Notes: generated by a model from the letters alone, not told the origin. A stretch of DNA of 64,000 nt from Candidatus Obscuribacterales bacterium (GCA_965228855.1 CBDDIJ010000003.1:3200001-3264000); one strand, 5' to 3'. Counted from the first letter of the stretch, positions 48,384-59,676 are shown. Numbers and translations are program-made.

Positions 48384-50630
48384 TCAAGGTGCAGGCGTTC
48401 TATATACTTTTTTGAGCAACTTATCGAGTTCTTGATTTGCATTCTTTTCCATGTCCTCAAGATTCCTCCAGGTCTTTGGATTATGCCAAACTTTTAAACA
48501 GCTCGGCTCCATCATACAATCTCGAAGTTGGGGGTCCTTCAAGCAGGCTAGGATGAGCGGGTCTTTGATGTCATCAAAACTTGTTTTGGTATTGAAGCAA
48601 TCCTTCCGCATAAAGAATTTTCGAAATTTCGGATCATGCATGTCTTTGAGATACCTTTTGAGGACTTGAGGCAGCAGCTTTTCCCTCTCACTTGCGAGTT
48701 CCGCCTTATGGTACGCAGAAGTTTTGACAAAGCATGTTGGTTTCTCTTTGGCAATTTTCGCAAGGTCTTGATCGGAAACATTCGGACAGCCTGCCGCCGA
48801 CAAAATAGTCAGCGTTGGAATTTTGATAATTTTTTCGATGCCGTCAATCGTCAAACCTGGGCATTCATCAACGCTCAATTCCTTTAAGCTAGGCAACTTA
48901 CAAAGCGCATCCAAACCACTGTCCGTCACACGAGTCTTTCCGATGCTCAGTGATTCGAGATTTCGCAATCGCGACAAATGCTTGATACCATCGTCTGTTA
49001 TTAACGTTGAAGAAAGCTTTAGCGCTCGAAGTTGTGTAAGCTTACCTACAACTGAAGCGCATTCAGCATCTCCTATAACTGTGTTGCTGAGGTCGAGGTC
49101 ATTCAGCATTTTTATCTTTAGCAAATGGGACAAATGCTTACCAGTTGCCCTACTGCCGGCCAGGCTCAGCTGCGTCTGCGTTGAGCCAGCGAATTGCGCC
49201 ACCACGTGCATGTCGTCATCTTCAAAGTCCGGTTGGGCTTCGAGCCGGCCATTTGCGGCAAACATTCTGGAGGACAGGACAGGAATAGCTTCATTAGCGC
49301 GGTCATACAGTCGAGTCTTACTGGGAAGTGATTGCTCGCTGAGGCGTCCTTCGAGAGCGTTCCAGAAAACCATTGTCGCTGCACAGACAACAAAGACGGC
49401 AAGAATTCCTAACAATGCAGGCACCAGGATCGATGGTCCACGTATCTCCTCAGGAATCGACGTCGGTTCAGCAGACTGTGCATCCGCGGCTATCGACAAC
49501 AGATCAAGGCGGACCTCGCGCATCGACGAATAACGATCATCAGGATTCTTCTCCATGCATTTCGAAATTACGGATTGAAACTGTTCTGGAATTTCGCTTG
49601 AAACAAGGTCAGACAAAAGAGGTGGTTCATCATGAGCATGCATCGACAAAAGCTCTAGAGCGGTTCCACCTGCGAATGGTGCGACACCTGTGAGCGTTTC
49701 GAAAAGCACGCATCCCAGAGAATAGATTTCGGAGCGAGCATCGAATTCACGTCCAAGAGCCTGATCCGGTGCCATATACGATGGAGTTCCCACGATCGTC
49801 ACGTGCTGATCTTCAGAGCCTACGGATTGAATTTCTGCAACGCCAAAATCAAAAAGTTTGACCGTCGATTGATCTCCAGTGGTGATCATCAAAATATTCG
49901 ACGGCTTTAAATCACGATGGAACACTCCTCGACTGTGACAGTACTCCAACGCCGCACATAGACTGGCGAACATAAATGCGGCTGTTTTCCAATCCAACGG
50001 TCCCTCGTCTTGAAGATGAGCATCTAGACTCCTTCCGTCGCTGTACTCTAGCACCATATATGGTGACCCACCAGTAGTGGCACCGAAGTCTAAAATTTGA
50101 ACAATATTGGGATGGTCCAATTTGCTGAGAACCCTTGCCTCATTTTGGAACAACACCAGCTGCTCGCGAGTCTGGACGTGCAAAGTTTTTACCGTCACTC
50201 GTTTTCTGAGTAATCGATCTCGACAGAGATAAACAGTTCCAGCAGAACCGCGACCCACAACTCTCAGAGGACTGTAGCGGTCGAGTGGGAACCTGTTTGG
50301 ATCGACGTCTAGTTCGCTCTCCTCTACCGCGTTGTTTACATCAACAGCGGCGACGACAGACTGAGAATCATTGAACTCAGGTTTCTTAAACCCCTGCGGA
50401 ATATCGCAAGAGCAAAGATCGTAGCGAAAAATGAATTGCGTAAACGAACCAAGCCGACCTTCCCGAATTCGCTTTCCGCATTTGATGCAAAAGTCTACAG
50501 TTTGCTGCTTCTCATCAACCGGTCGTTGTAATTGACATGCGCAGGTCGAGAGCCACTGAGTCATCCGCCCCGATCCCGTCGACCTGACCGGTAGATGACA
50601 GTTTGGGCACGTAGCGGATTGATCGTTCAT
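48384..50630 (-). CDS. Ser/Thr kinase with Cys-rich N-terminus, TM helix and leucine-rich repeats
   Basis: HRDLKPSN, DFG, GTPSYMAPDQ; LxxLxLxxTxITD repeats. Confidence 0.92.
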   Translation of the reverse strand: MNDQSATCPNCHLPVRSTGSGRMTQWLSTCACQLQRPVDEKQQTVDFCIKCGKRIREGRLGSFTQFIFRYDLCSCDIPQGFKKPEFNDSQSVVAAVDVNNAVEESELDVDPNRFPLDRYSPLRVVGRGSAGTVYLCRDRLLRKRVTVKTLHVQTREQLVLFQNEARVLSKLDHPNIVQILDFGATTGGSPYMVLEYSDGRSLDAHLQDEGPLDWKTAAFMFASLCAALEYCHSRGVFHRDLKPSNILMITTGDQSTVKLFDFGVAEIQSVGSEDQHVTIVGTPSYMAPDQALGREFDARSEIYSLGCVLFETLTGVAPFAGGTALELLSMHAHDEPPLLSDLVSSEIPEQFQSVISKCMEKNPDDRYSSMREVRLDLLSIAADAQSAEPTSIPEEIRGPSILVPALLGILAVFVVCAATMVFWNALEGRLSEQSLPSKTRLYDRANEAIPVLSSRMFAANGRLEAQPDFEDDDMHVVAQFAGSTQTQLSLAGSRATGKHLSHLLKIKMLNDLDLSNTVIGDAECASVVGKLTQLRALKLSSTLITDDGIKHLSRLRNLESLSIGKTRVTDSGLDALCKLPSLKELSVDECPGLTIDGIEKIIKIPTLTILSAAGCPNVSDQDLAKIAKEKPTCFVKTSAYHKAELASEREKLLPQVLKRYLKDMHDPKFRKFFMRKDCFNTKTSFDDIKDPLILACLKDPQLRDCMMEPSCLKVWHNPKTWRNLEDMEKNANQELDKLLKKVYRTPAP

Positions 50631-50699
50631 TCAGTTCGCAAACCACTGTTGCCTTTGGGTTGATTCGTTATCGAGGCTGAGTGCGCCGATTAATTCAAA

Positions 50700-51188
50700 C
50701 TATTTCACTCTAAGCAACTCCACCTCGAAGACAAGCGTTGCATTGGGAGGGATTGAATTGCCGGCGCCTGTTTGACCGTAACCCAATTGGGGTGGGATCG
50801 TCAGGCGGCGTTTTCCGCCAATGTTCATGCCCTTAACACCTTCATCCCAGCCTTTTATGACCTGTCCGGTACCAAGGACGAATTCAAACGGCTCACCTCG
50901 ATCGAGAGAGCTGTCGAATTTTTTGCCGTCCGTGAGCCAGCCGGTATAGTGAACGACCACGGTCTGCCCCGCACGCGGCCGCGGTCCCTTGCCTTTGCTC
51001 AGATCGCGGAATTTCAATCCAGTACTCGAAGTGTAAAATCCTTCGGCGTCTGGACCCAGGGGATATACCTGCTGCGTCGTGTTTTTGGTTCCTTGCTTGA
51101 GTGGCCAAGCTGAAACGGATGAGTTCGTCGTCATGAGTGAACAAACGACAAGACCGGCTGAAAGAAAAACAAAATACAATAGTTTCAT
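50700..51188 (-). CDS. FKBP-type peptidyl-prolyl isomerase
   Basis: [37 protein letters not shown]. Confidence 0.95.
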   Translation of the reverse strand: MKLLYFVFLSAGLVVCSLMTTNSSVSAWPLKQGTKNTTQQVYPLGPDAEGFYTSSTGLKFRDLSKGKGPRPRAGQTVVVHYTGWLTDGKKFDSSLDRGEPFEFVLGTGQVIKGWDEGVKGMNIGGKRRLTIPPQLGYGQTGAGNSIPPNATLVFEVELLRVK

Positions 51189-51276
51189 GTTGCTCGACTC
51201 GCTCCAGGTTCAACTGGTGACATTATACTTGCTGTCGCGAAAAAGGCTTTCTTATCCTCGATTTTGATGAGCTAGA

Positions 51277-52119
51277 ATGAGAGAGCCATCTATCGATTTA
51301 GAGAGAGTGCCAATGCAACCGGAAGCGCAAAACAATCCTGACCTTCTAGCAAATCAGGCTATGCGCTTGCTCGACACATTCGAAGCGGAGCTTGAGCAGG
51401 GCAATACAGCATCATGGACGCCGGTTTTAGAACGTTTGGAAACAATATTTGCCAAGTATGGCAGTACTTTCATAGGCGGCCGACGTCAAAGTCCGATTGA
51501 ACTTCCGACTGAATCAATTGACGACACCTATGAAGAGCTTCAGTCAAAGCTCTTCTTCGTCAGGCAGGCGCTCGCTCGAGGGATCGCTTCAGAAAAACAC
51601 TTAGAACAGCAGCTTGCGAAAAACAAGGAGCACGTTGCGACCTGGCGCGACCGCGAATCAACTGCGGTTGCTAAAGAAAACTCCGAACTAACACTAACTG
51701 CTCAGCACCGTCATAAAGAATACGCCAAGGCTGGTGCAAAGCTTGAAGAACATCTTGAGGAGCAAAGGAAGTCCAATCTTGCGGTGCGTGCGCGCCTAAC
51801 TGAATTCGAGAATTTTGTGCAAAGCGCATACACTAAAAAACTGATCCTGGCCAGTCGACATGCAGCAGCAGAAGCCAGCATGAACGTTATCGAAGCCATG
51901 AAAGATCTAGATTCAAGCGATATCTTGTCGGCTTTGGACGATTACGAGAAGCTTGTGGAGGACTGTGAACTGGAGGTTGCAAGTTCTCTGCCTGATTTGC
52001 AAACCAAGAGTGTTGTACCAAATTCCTCCTGGACCAAGCTTGCAAGGATTTTGGAACGTAACATATCGATCATGCAAAAATTGCAGGAGACTATTCAAAA
52101 TCAGAATCCTGAAAAATAG
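51277..52119 (+). CDS. PspA/IM30-like coiled-coil protein
   Basis: LEQQL.KN......W..R...AV....ELA-like coiled-coil pattern. Confidence 0.6.
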   Translation: MREPSIDLERVPMQPEAQNNPDLLANQAMRLLDTFEAELEQGNTASWTPVLERLETIFAKYGSTFIGGRRQSPIELPTESIDDTYEELQSKLFFVRQALARGIASEKHLEQQLAKNKEHVATWRDRESTAVAKENSELTLTAQHRHKEYAKAGAKLEEHLEEQRKSNLAVRARLTEFENFVQSAYTKKLILASRHAAAEASMNVIEAMKDLDSSDILSALDDYEKLVEDCELEVASSLPDLQTKSVVPNSSWTKLARILERNISIMQKLQETIQNQNPEK

Positions 52120-52283
52120 CGTTCTTACTCCCAAAAGTTTTTAACACCTTGGGACGAAGCTAAACAATGCTGACGAATCCATCTATTGCCACCATATTTG
52201 GTGCGCTATCAATCCCCGGTCCACGCAGTAGATAAAGATAGAGGCCACATTGTTGATACCGCCCATGATGCATTAGCTTCAAG

Positions 52284-53723
52284 ATGCGCAATTTCTGCCT
52301 TAAGCAGACCTGCTTGCACTATTGGGATAGATTATGCATTATTACAGCTAGTGCCTTACAACTGGTGCCCGGTGGCAAGATATGTAAGGTTGGCCCACAA
52401 GCTGGCGGTTTTGCTTATTCACTTCGAACGCTAGCTTACTCTCACTTCGTGCTCGACGCCCTGATCCCGCGCTCGACGCCGTGGAGCCCCATGGAAGAAA
52501 CCTTTGAAATTTGTGACCTTTCGGGAGTTGTCCGTGTGTCGGTGCCCGTCATCCGTTCCCTCTTCGCCTGGGGTCTTGTGCTTAGCCTGAGCGCCAGCAC
52601 CCCGCCAGCCGCTTTTGCCGCTGATACCCCGACCGAAGCCGGCGAAGCCCCGATGCTGCGAAGCACCATCATCCAGACCGAGTGCCCCCCTCCTCAAACC
52701 CCGACCGTCAACACGGGGGATGTGCGAGTGGTGGCACAAGACACGACGCTGGAGATGTACCTCACAACCGAGATTGACTCCGGCGAGACCGCGGAAGGCG
52801 ATGAGTTCTTCGGCAAAATCAGCAAGGACGTGCTCGTGGACGACCGGGTGGTGATACCCAAGGGCACGCTGGTGCACGGGGTGCTGAGCGCACTGGAAGG
52901 ACCGAAGCGCGCGGGCCGCAATGGCTATATCAACACTCGCTTGGATTATTTGATCACGCCCGACGGGCGTAAAGTCCCAATCGAAGGCAACAGCACGACG
53001 CGGGATTCAAAACGAAAGGCCGCAGCCAAGGTCGTCGGGCGCGCGGCAGGCTATACCGCAATTGGTGGCGTAGTGGGCACAGTGATGGCACTGCAATTTG
53101 GCGGTCTGGATGCGGCGGTGGCCAGCCACGGAACCACCCTGGCGGGTGGAGCGGCCGCTGGTGGGGCTGCCGGTCTGACACTCGCCATGCTGATGAAGGG
53201 TAAAAGCGTGATGCTCCAGCCGGGCGCTGAAATGCACGTAAAACTCAGCGAGCCGCTAAAACTGCCCACAATGACCATGCCCGATGAGACGGCAGAAGAT
53301 TTCAGCATCCCTGGTCTGGATGTGAAAGTGACGGGCATGCACATTGACCGCCGCCCGACCGGCGGAGTAGGCGAAATTGCGCTGGCGCTGGACATTGTGA
53401 ATGAAACCGAAAATACTTTCTCCACGTTTGAAATTGGCCTGGAAGACGAGCGGGGCACCGTGTTCTTCCCCTCTCCCCTTGGCGATATGGGCTTGCCGTC
53501 CAGCCAGATCAAGCCCGGCGGTCACCTCAATAGCAACATCACCTTCAGCGTGGACAACGTCAAAAGCCGCTACAAGCTAGTGTTTTTCAAGCCGTATTCT
53601 CGTGAACCACTGGCAGAATTCGCCCTGACCGATGCCATGCTTGCGAGCGGCAAAGCGAGCCCCAAAGGCAAGCACGTGGCCACCAAAGCGCGCAATCCAG
53701 ACTCAGCGGCCCATGAACAGTGA
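52284..53723 (+). CDS. Secreted protein with TrbI/VirB10-like beta domain and glycine zipper
   Basis: VVIPKGTLVHG, GAAAGGAAG; GC-rich; true start probably near 52491 or later. Confidence 0.65.
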   Translation: MRNFCLKQTCLHYWDRLCIITASALQLVPGGKICKVGPQAGGFAYSLRTLAYSHFVLDALIPRSTPWSPMEETFEICDLSGVVRVSVPVIRSLFAWGLVLSLSASTPPAAFAADTPTEAGEAPMLRSTIIQTECPPPQTPTVNTGDVRVVAQDTTLEMYLTTEIDSGETAEGDEFFGKISKDVLVDDRVVIPKGTLVHGVLSALEGPKRAGRNGYINTRLDYLITPDGRKVPIEGNSTTRDSKRKAAAKVVGRAAGYTAIGGVVGTVMALQFGGLDAAVASHGTTLAGGAAAGGAAGLTLAMLMKGKSVMLQPGAEMHVKLSEPLKLPTMTMPDETAEDFSIPGLDVKVTGMHIDRRPTGGVGEIALALDIVNETENTFSTFEIGLEDERGTVFFPSPLGDMGLPSSQIKPGGHLNSNITFSVDNVKSRYKLVFFKPYSREPLAEFALTDAMLASGKASPKGKHVATKARNPDSAAHEQ

Positions 53724-53743
53724 GTTTGATTGGTCGATTTGAA

Positions 53744-54031
53744 CTATCTAGCTTCTGCACCGCATACGGTGCAACTGATCTGAAACAGTTTAGGCACGTG
53801 CATGTGCGAAATCGTCTCTTTAGCTTTCACACAGCTGCAGGATGCAACGCGCTTGGTGATGCGTCTGACGCGCTTTGAGTTCTTCTTCCAATCGATAAAT
53901 GCTGCGGTTATCAGGGAAAAACAGAGAATCCCTAAACCAGGAAGTTTGTAGTCATGGGGCGCAAATACCAGAGCTATGATCGATACGAAGAGAATTTCGT
54001 TACCGAGGTTGAATTTATTTTTGAACGCCAT
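53744..54031 (-). CDS. Small membrane protein with Cys motifs
   Basis: Two hydrophobic segments; CSC and CTVC; GGAGG RBS. Confidence 0.55.
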   Translation of the reverse strand: MAFKNKFNLGNEILFVSIIALVFAPHDYKLPGLGILCFSLITAAFIDWKKNSKRVRRITKRVASCSCVKAKETISHMHVPKLFQISCTVCGAEAR

Positions 54032-54382
54032 CTGTCGTCCTCCAGTGTTGGTGGGGGGCGGTTACCTTGTTCGAGTTGCAAGAGAGACGCCCAAGCGCCC
54101 TTGCTTTCCCGACAATTTATTTGCGACATGTCAAGTATGACGGTAAATCATTTAAATGGCAAGGAGTCTAAGCATTTACAGGTTCTAATCTAACGGACTA
54201 GTGAGCTGGCACAGAAACATTCGGTTTCGCGCAAAAATGGGCTTCTCCGGACAATTTGCTGAGAACTAAAGTCCAATCACTTTACAAAACTATTTTTCGA
54301 CCACGTCAGGAAGCGGACGAACACTTCACCGTCACAACCGTGTTGTAAGCTGAAAATCATTGTCACAGGTAACAAACAATGG

Positions 54383-55537
54383 ATGATGAAACTGTTTAAA
54401 ACACTGTCACTGTGTTCCAGCGCCCTACTGCTCTTACTGTTCACATCAGGCTGTCATGAATCGCTTGACAGCGAAGCAGCAGCTCATGTTGCACACCAAT
54501 TCAAGATTGGCAAAGACCCACAGAATGCTGAAGAAGCATCGCATACGACTTACGAAGTCAGTAAGCCCTTAGTCAAAGACCTGACGCTCAACGATGAATA
54601 TGTTTGCCAGATTAGAGCCATACAGCATATTGAAATTCGTTCTTTAGAGAAGGGGTACCTGCAAAATGTGCTCGTAGACGAAGGCGAAACTGTTCGTCAG
54701 GGACAACTGCTTTTTCAGATAAAGCCCAGTGTCTACGAAGCCGATGTCCAAAAATCGCAAGCAGAGGTTGAGCTCTTGCAAATTGAGCTTGAGAACAACC
54801 AGGCACTTGTCGACAAAGATATTATTTCGTCCACTGAAGCCGCCATGTCTGCCGCCAAGCTTGCGAAAGTCAAAGCGGAACTAGAGCTAGCCAAAACGCA
54901 CTTAGGTTTTACTGAAATTCGAGCCCCGTTCGACGGGCTGATAGGTCGCTTTGGTGACATAAGGCTAGGCAGCCTGCTGGAAGAAAACCAACTATTGACG
55001 ACCTTAAGCGATACCCATCGACTCTGGGTGTACTTCAATGTGCCCGAATCTCAGTACCTGGAGTACATGAAGAACAAGCGACTTTCTCAGAGCGTCCAGC
55101 TGGAACTCGCCAACAAGGAAATCTATCCTGAACCCGGAACTATAGAAGTCATTCAGTCAGACTTTAACAGTACCTCGGGTAATATTGCTTTTCGAGCGAG
55201 CTTTAACAACCCACACGCCCTGTTGCGTTACGGGCAAACAGGCAAGATACTATGGCCCAGGAAGGTCAATCAGGCAGTCATTGTGCCTCAGAAATCAACG
55301 TTTGAAGTCTTAGATAAACGCTTTCTTCTTGTCGTCGACAAAAACGGGTTGATTCACGAACGTGAGATCAAGGTGGCCCGCGAGGAGCCCAACGTTTATG
55401 TCGTCGCTTCCGGTATAAGACCTGACGAGATGTTCCTGCTTGAGCGACAGAACAAACTAGATAAAGGCGACAAAATCAGCTACAAGCTGATTGATCCCAA
55501 AACTGTGATTGAGAATTTGAAACTGTATGCAGAGTAG
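54383..55537 (+). CDS. RND efflux periplasmic adaptor subunit (lipoprotein)
   Basis: Lipobox TSGC, IRAPFDGLIG. Confidence 0.93.
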   Translation: MMKLFKTLSLCSSALLLLLFTSGCHESLDSEAAAHVAHQFKIGKDPQNAEEASHTTYEVSKPLVKDLTLNDEYVCQIRAIQHIEIRSLEKGYLQNVLVDEGETVRQGQLLFQIKPSVYEADVQKSQAEVELLQIELENNQALVDKDIISSTEAAMSAAKLAKVKAELELAKTHLGFTEIRAPFDGLIGRFGDIRLGSLLEENQLLTTLSDTHRLWVYFNVPESQYLEYMKNKRLSQSVQLELANKEIYPEPGTIEVIQSDFNSTSGNIAFRASFNNPHALLRYGQTGKILWPRKVNQAVIVPQKSTFEVLDKRFLLVVDKNGLIHEREIKVAREEPNVYVVASGIRPDEMFLLERQNKLDKGDKISYKLIDPKTVIENLKLYAE

Positions 55538-55554
55538 GTTAGGTTCGGCCAGCT

Positions 55555-58500
55555 ATGTTTCGTAACATCCTTAAACGGCCGGTACTCGGAATTGTTATCT
55601 CGATTTTGATCGTTTTCCTCGGCTGCCTGTCCATTGTGCAGCTTCCTATTTCGCAGTTCCCCCAGATCGCGCCTACCGTCGTCAACCTCTTTATTGCCTA
55701 CCCCGGCGCCAGTGCCAATGTGCTTACCGAGTCGACGCTGATACCACTGGAAGCGGCGATTAACGGGGTTCCTGGCATGCGCTACATGTCCTCTGATGCA
55801 ACCAGTGCCGGTGAGGCTACTGTCCGTTTGGTATTTGAACCAGGTACAGACCCCAACCAGGCGGTGGTTAGCGTCAAAACCCGGGTTGACCAGGTGATGA
55901 ACACATTACCTGACCTCGTTCAGCGAGAGGGCGTCATCATTAGACCCCTACAGCCCTCCATGCTGATGTATGTGGATCTGTATTCTGACTCAAAGTCCTT
56001 TGATCAGAAGTATCTGTTTAATTACGCCTACACCAAGCTGATACCGGAAATTCAACGGATTCCCGGGGTTGCCAACGCGAGCTTATTGGGCAGCAGAACC
56101 TATGCCATGCGGCTGTGGCTTAAGCCTGATCGCATGCGAGCCTACAATATCTCTTCGGAAGACGTGGTTCAGGCCGTTAAAGGCCAAAGTCTTATCGCCC
56201 GCCCCGGCCGGCTTGGCATCAGCTCGGGGAAAAATGCCCAGGCTACTGAATATGTGCTCAACTATGTCGGCCGCTATACCGAGCCTGAGCAATACGAAAA
56301 CATCATTATCAAAAGCTCCGGCTTTGGTGAAATGGTCAAGCTTAAGGACATTGCCTACGTGGAATTGGGCAGTGAGTTTTATGATATTTACCTGAATCTG
56401 GATGGAAAGTCCTCTGCGTCTTTCGTGCTGAAACAGACGGCCGACAGCAATGGCAGGGAAGTCATCAAAAAGGTCAAAGAGAAAATCAGCGAACTCTCCA
56501 AGGCATTTCCAGACGGTATACACGTCCAGTACAGCTACGATGTCTCCAAGTTTTTAGACGCCTCGATTGAGCAAGTCATCGACACGATCCGAGATGCGTT
56601 TATTCTGGTCACTTTGGTCGTCTTTCTGTTTCTGGGAGACTGGCGTTCCACCGTCATTCCGGTCATTGCCGTACCGATTTCACTAGTAGGGGCATTTTTG
56701 GTGCTCCCGGTGTTTGGTATGTCCATTAACCTGATTACCTTATTTGCTCTGGTACTAGCCGTCGGTATCGTGGTGGATGATGCCATTGTGGTGATTGAAG
56801 CGGTCCACGGCAATATGGAGAAAGACCCGTCGCTATCGCCTTATGCGGCGACGCAAAAAGCCATGGGCGAACTGGGAAGCGCTATTCTGGCCATCACTGC
56901 GGTTATGATTTCCGTGTTTGTGCCAATAGCCTTCATTCCCGGTCCGGTGGGCGTATTTTACCGGCAGTTTTCCGTCACGATGGTTAGCGGCATTTTGGTA
57001 TCGGCTTTGGTGGCGTTAACGCTAACACCTGTTTTATGCGCCATGTTTCTCAAAAACCATGCCGGTCACAAACCCTCTCGCCTCAACGTATTTCAATGGT
57101 TTATCGGCCGATTCAATGCCGCTTTCGAAGTACTGACTCGCTGCTACATGTGGCTGCTAAATCGTTTCGTTACCCAAAGAGTAATATGCCTGGGGATCAT
57201 CCTGGCATTCGCTTACGGCATTGTTTATATGAGCGGACAGGTTTCCTCCGGCTTTGTCCCGAATGAAGACCAGGGCACCATCTACGCTATCGTTCAAACA
57301 CCACCGGGATCTTCGCTGGAGTACACCAACAAGGTGATGGGCCAGCTGCAAAAAAGAACCGAAAAGATTGACGGGGTCGAATCGGTGACGTCGATGGCTG
57401 GATACGAAATCATGACAGAAGGCAGAGGCTCCAACGCTGGAACCTGTCTTATCAACCTGAAAAACTGGGAAGAACGCAAACAAAACGTCCATGAAATTAT
57501 TGAGGAATTAGAGCACAACACTGGTGGGTTGCCAGGCACGATTGAATTTTTTGAACCGCCGGCGATTCCTGGCTTTGGCTCCTCCGGTGGCTTTTCACTT
57601 CGATTACTGGATAAAACCGGAGATCTCCGCTACCAGGAGCTGCAGAAAGCCACTCAAGAATTCATGACAAACCTGAGAAAGCGCAAAGAGATTTCAGGGC
57701 TGTTTACCTTCTACAATGCCTCATACCCGCAATATGAAATCGTCATCGATAACCAGGCGGCCATGCAGAAAGGGGTTTCTATAGACACGGCTATGAAAAA
57801 CCTTGATGTCATGTTCAGCGGCTCCTACGAGCAAGGTTTTATTAAATTCGGCCGGTTCTTCAAGGTGTTCACCCAGGCAGCTCCTGAATATCGAAGAAAC
57901 CTGGAGGATTTGGAAACCCAGTTCGTGAAAAATGAGGATGGGGACATGGTCCCCTACTCGTCGTTTATGACCCTTAAAAAATCAAAAGGGGCCAATGAAA
58001 TTACACGTTATAACATGTACAACTCCGCCGCCATCCGTGGATTTCCGGCGAAAGGGTACACGTCTGGCGACGCCATTAATGCTATCCGCGAAGTGGCTAA
58101 AGATACCTTGTCTAGAGAATACGACATTGCCTGGGAAGACCTGGCCTACGACGAAGCGAAGCGAGGTAATGAGTTTGTTATTATCTCTTGCATCGTAGTG
58201 CTTTTCGTCTATCTAGTACTGGCAGCCCAATACGAGAGTTTTGTACTACCGTTGGCAGTTCTCTTTTCCTTGCCCGTCGGTATTTTTGGCTCATTCACAA
58301 TGCTCCAAGTGATGGGTTTGGCTAACGATGTGTATGCACAAATCGCTATTATTACCCTGCTTGGACTGTTGGGTAAAAATGCTGTGCTAATCGTCGAGTT
58401 TGCCGTTCAGAAAAGGAATGAAGGCTTATCGTTGCGAAACGCTGCCCTTGAGGGCGCCAGGATGCGGTTTAGACCTATCCTGATGACGTCCTTTGCCTTC

Positions 58501-59676
58501 GTCGCTGGGCTTATCCCCCTTGTGGTGTCGCATGGCGCCGGGGCGGTAGGGAATCGCACCCTGGGTTCATCGGCCCTGGGTGGGATGGTTGCGGGCACCG
58601 TAATTGGCGTGTTGGTTATTCCGGGGCTCTACTTTCTTTTCGCCACGCTGGTTGATGGCAAAAGTCTGCTGAAAGATCAAGACCATAGCAGTATCACGGA
58701 CGCCATTTTGAGGAGGAAAGAACACTTATCGCAAACAGGAAAACTTATTAAACTACTGCTTGAAAAAACGAAGCCCTTCATAGTTCACGACACCCCGCCT
58801 GCAGTTGCAGCCGATGCTAAACCTTCAATTGCAGATGATGCCAAACCAACAGTTGCAGCAGATGCGAAGCCTCCGGTCGCAACCGATGCGAAACCTACAG
58901 TTGCAGCCGATCCGAAACCTACAGCTGCAACCGAAGCGAAACCTACAGCTGCAACCGAAGCGAAACCTTCAGTTGCAGCCGATCCGAAGCCTCCGGTCGC
59001 AGCCGATGCAAAGCCTCCAGTTCCAGCCGATCATCCGAAACCTCCAGTTTCAGCTGATGCGAAGCCTCCAGTTCCAGCCGATCCGAAACCTCCAGTTCCA
59101 GCCGATCCGAAACCTCCAGCTCCAACCGAAGCGAAACCTCCAGCTCCAACCGCTCCGAAACCTCCAGTTCCAGTTGATGCGAAGCCTCCAGTTCCAGCCG
59201 ATCCGAAACCTCCAGTTTCAGCTGATGCGAAGCCTCAAGTTCCAGCGGATCCGAAACCTCCAGCTCCAACCGAAGCGAAACCTCAAGTTCCAGCGGATCC
59301 GAAACCTCCAGTTTCAGCTGATGCGAAGCCTTCAGTTCCAGCCGCTCCGAAACCTCAAGTTCCAGCGGATCCGAAACCTCCAGTTTCAGCTGATGCGAAG
59401 CCTTCAGTTCCAGCCGATCCGAAACCTCCTGTTCCAGCCGACGCGAAGCCTCCAGTTCCAGCCGCTCCGAAACCTGCAGTTTCAACCGAAGCGAAACCTC
59501 CAGTTGCAACAGAAGCGAAGCCTCCAGTTGCAGCCGATCCGAAACCTCCTGTTCCAGCCGACGCGAAACCGCCACTCGCAACAGAAGCGAAGCCTGCAGT
59601 TGCAGCCGATCCGAAACCTCAAGTGCCAGCCGACGCGAAGCCTCCACTCGCAGCTGATGAAAAGCCTAAGAAGTAG
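55555..59676 (+). CDS. RND efflux permease (HAE1/AcrB family) with long Pro/Ala repeat tail
   Basis: GIVVDDAIVVIE, GKNAVLIVEF, RFRPILMTS; ~290-aa C-terminal repeat. Confidence 0.95.
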   Translation: MFRNILKRPVLGIVISILIVFLGCLSIVQLPISQFPQIAPTVVNLFIAYPGASANVLTESTLIPLEAAINGVPGMRYMSSDATSAGEATVRLVFEPGTDPNQAVVSVKTRVDQVMNTLPDLVQREGVIIRPLQPSMLMYVDLYSDSKSFDQKYLFNYAYTKLIPEIQRIPGVANASLLGSRTYAMRLWLKPDRMRAYNISSEDVVQAVKGQSLIARPGRLGISSGKNAQATEYVLNYVGRYTEPEQYENIIIKSSGFGEMVKLKDIAYVELGSEFYDIYLNLDGKSSASFVLKQTADSNGREVIKKVKEKISELSKAFPDGIHVQYSYDVSKFLDASIEQVIDTIRDAFILVTLVVFLFLGDWRSTVIPVIAVPISLVGAFLVLPVFGMSINLITLFALVLAVGIVVDDAIVVIEAVHGNMEKDPSLSPYAATQKAMGELGSAILAITAVMISVFVPIAFIPGPVGVFYRQFSVTMVSGILVSALVALTLTPVLCAMFLKNHAGHKPSRLNVFQWFIGRFNAAFEVLTRCYMWLLNRFVTQRVICLGIILAFAYGIVYMSGQVSSGFVPNEDQGTIYAIVQTPPGSSLEYTNKVMGQLQKRTEKIDGVESVTSMAGYEIMTEGRGSNAGTCLINLKNWEERKQNVHEIIEELEHNTGGLPGTIEFFEPPAIPGFGSSGGFSLRLLDKTGDLRYQELQKATQEFMTNLRKRKEISGLFTFYNASYPQYEIVIDNQAAMQKGVSIDTAMKNLDVMFSGSYEQGFIKFGRFFKVFTQAAPEYRRNLEDLETQFVKNEDGDMVPYSSFMTLKKSKGANEITRYNMYNSAAIRGFPAKGYTSGDAINAIREVAKDTLSREYDIAWEDLAYDEAKRGNEFVIISCIVVLFVYLVLAAQYESFVLPLAVLFSLPVGIFGSFTMLQVMGLANDVYAQIAIITLLGLLGKNAVLIVEFAVQKRNEGLSLRNAALEGARMRFRPILMTSFAFVAGLIPLVVSHGAGAVGNRTLGSSALGGMVAGTVIGVLVIPGLYFLFATLVDGKSLLKDQDHSSITDAILRRKEHLSQTGKLIKLLLEKTKPFIVHDTPPAVAADAKPSIADDAKPTVAADAKPPVATDAKPTVAADPKPTAATEAKPTAATEAKPSVAADPKPPVAADAKPPVPADHPKPPVSADAKPPVPADPKPPVPADPKPPAPTEAKPPAPTAPKPPVPVDAKPPVPADPKPPVSADAKPQVPADPKPPAPTEAKPQVPADPKPPVSADAKPSVPAAPKPQVPADPKPPVSADAKPSVPADPKPPVPADAKPPVPAAPKPAVSTEAKPPVATEAKPPVAADPKPPVPADAKPPLATEAKPAVAADPKPQVPADAKPPLAADEKPKK
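58813..59670 (+). repeat. 24-bp coding tandem repeat, ~35 units of (D/E)(A/P)KPxVxA
   Basis: Counted from the translation; one unit has a 3-bp insertion (DHPKPP). Confidence 0.95.

Noticed and set aside
50052..50065. Perfect CACCATATATGGTG palindrome (similar copy at 2737)
   Set aside because: Inside kinase genes, explained by codons for the conserved PYMV motif.
58813..59670. CRISPR array
   Set aside because: Contiguous 24-bp coding units with no unique spacers and no cas genes.
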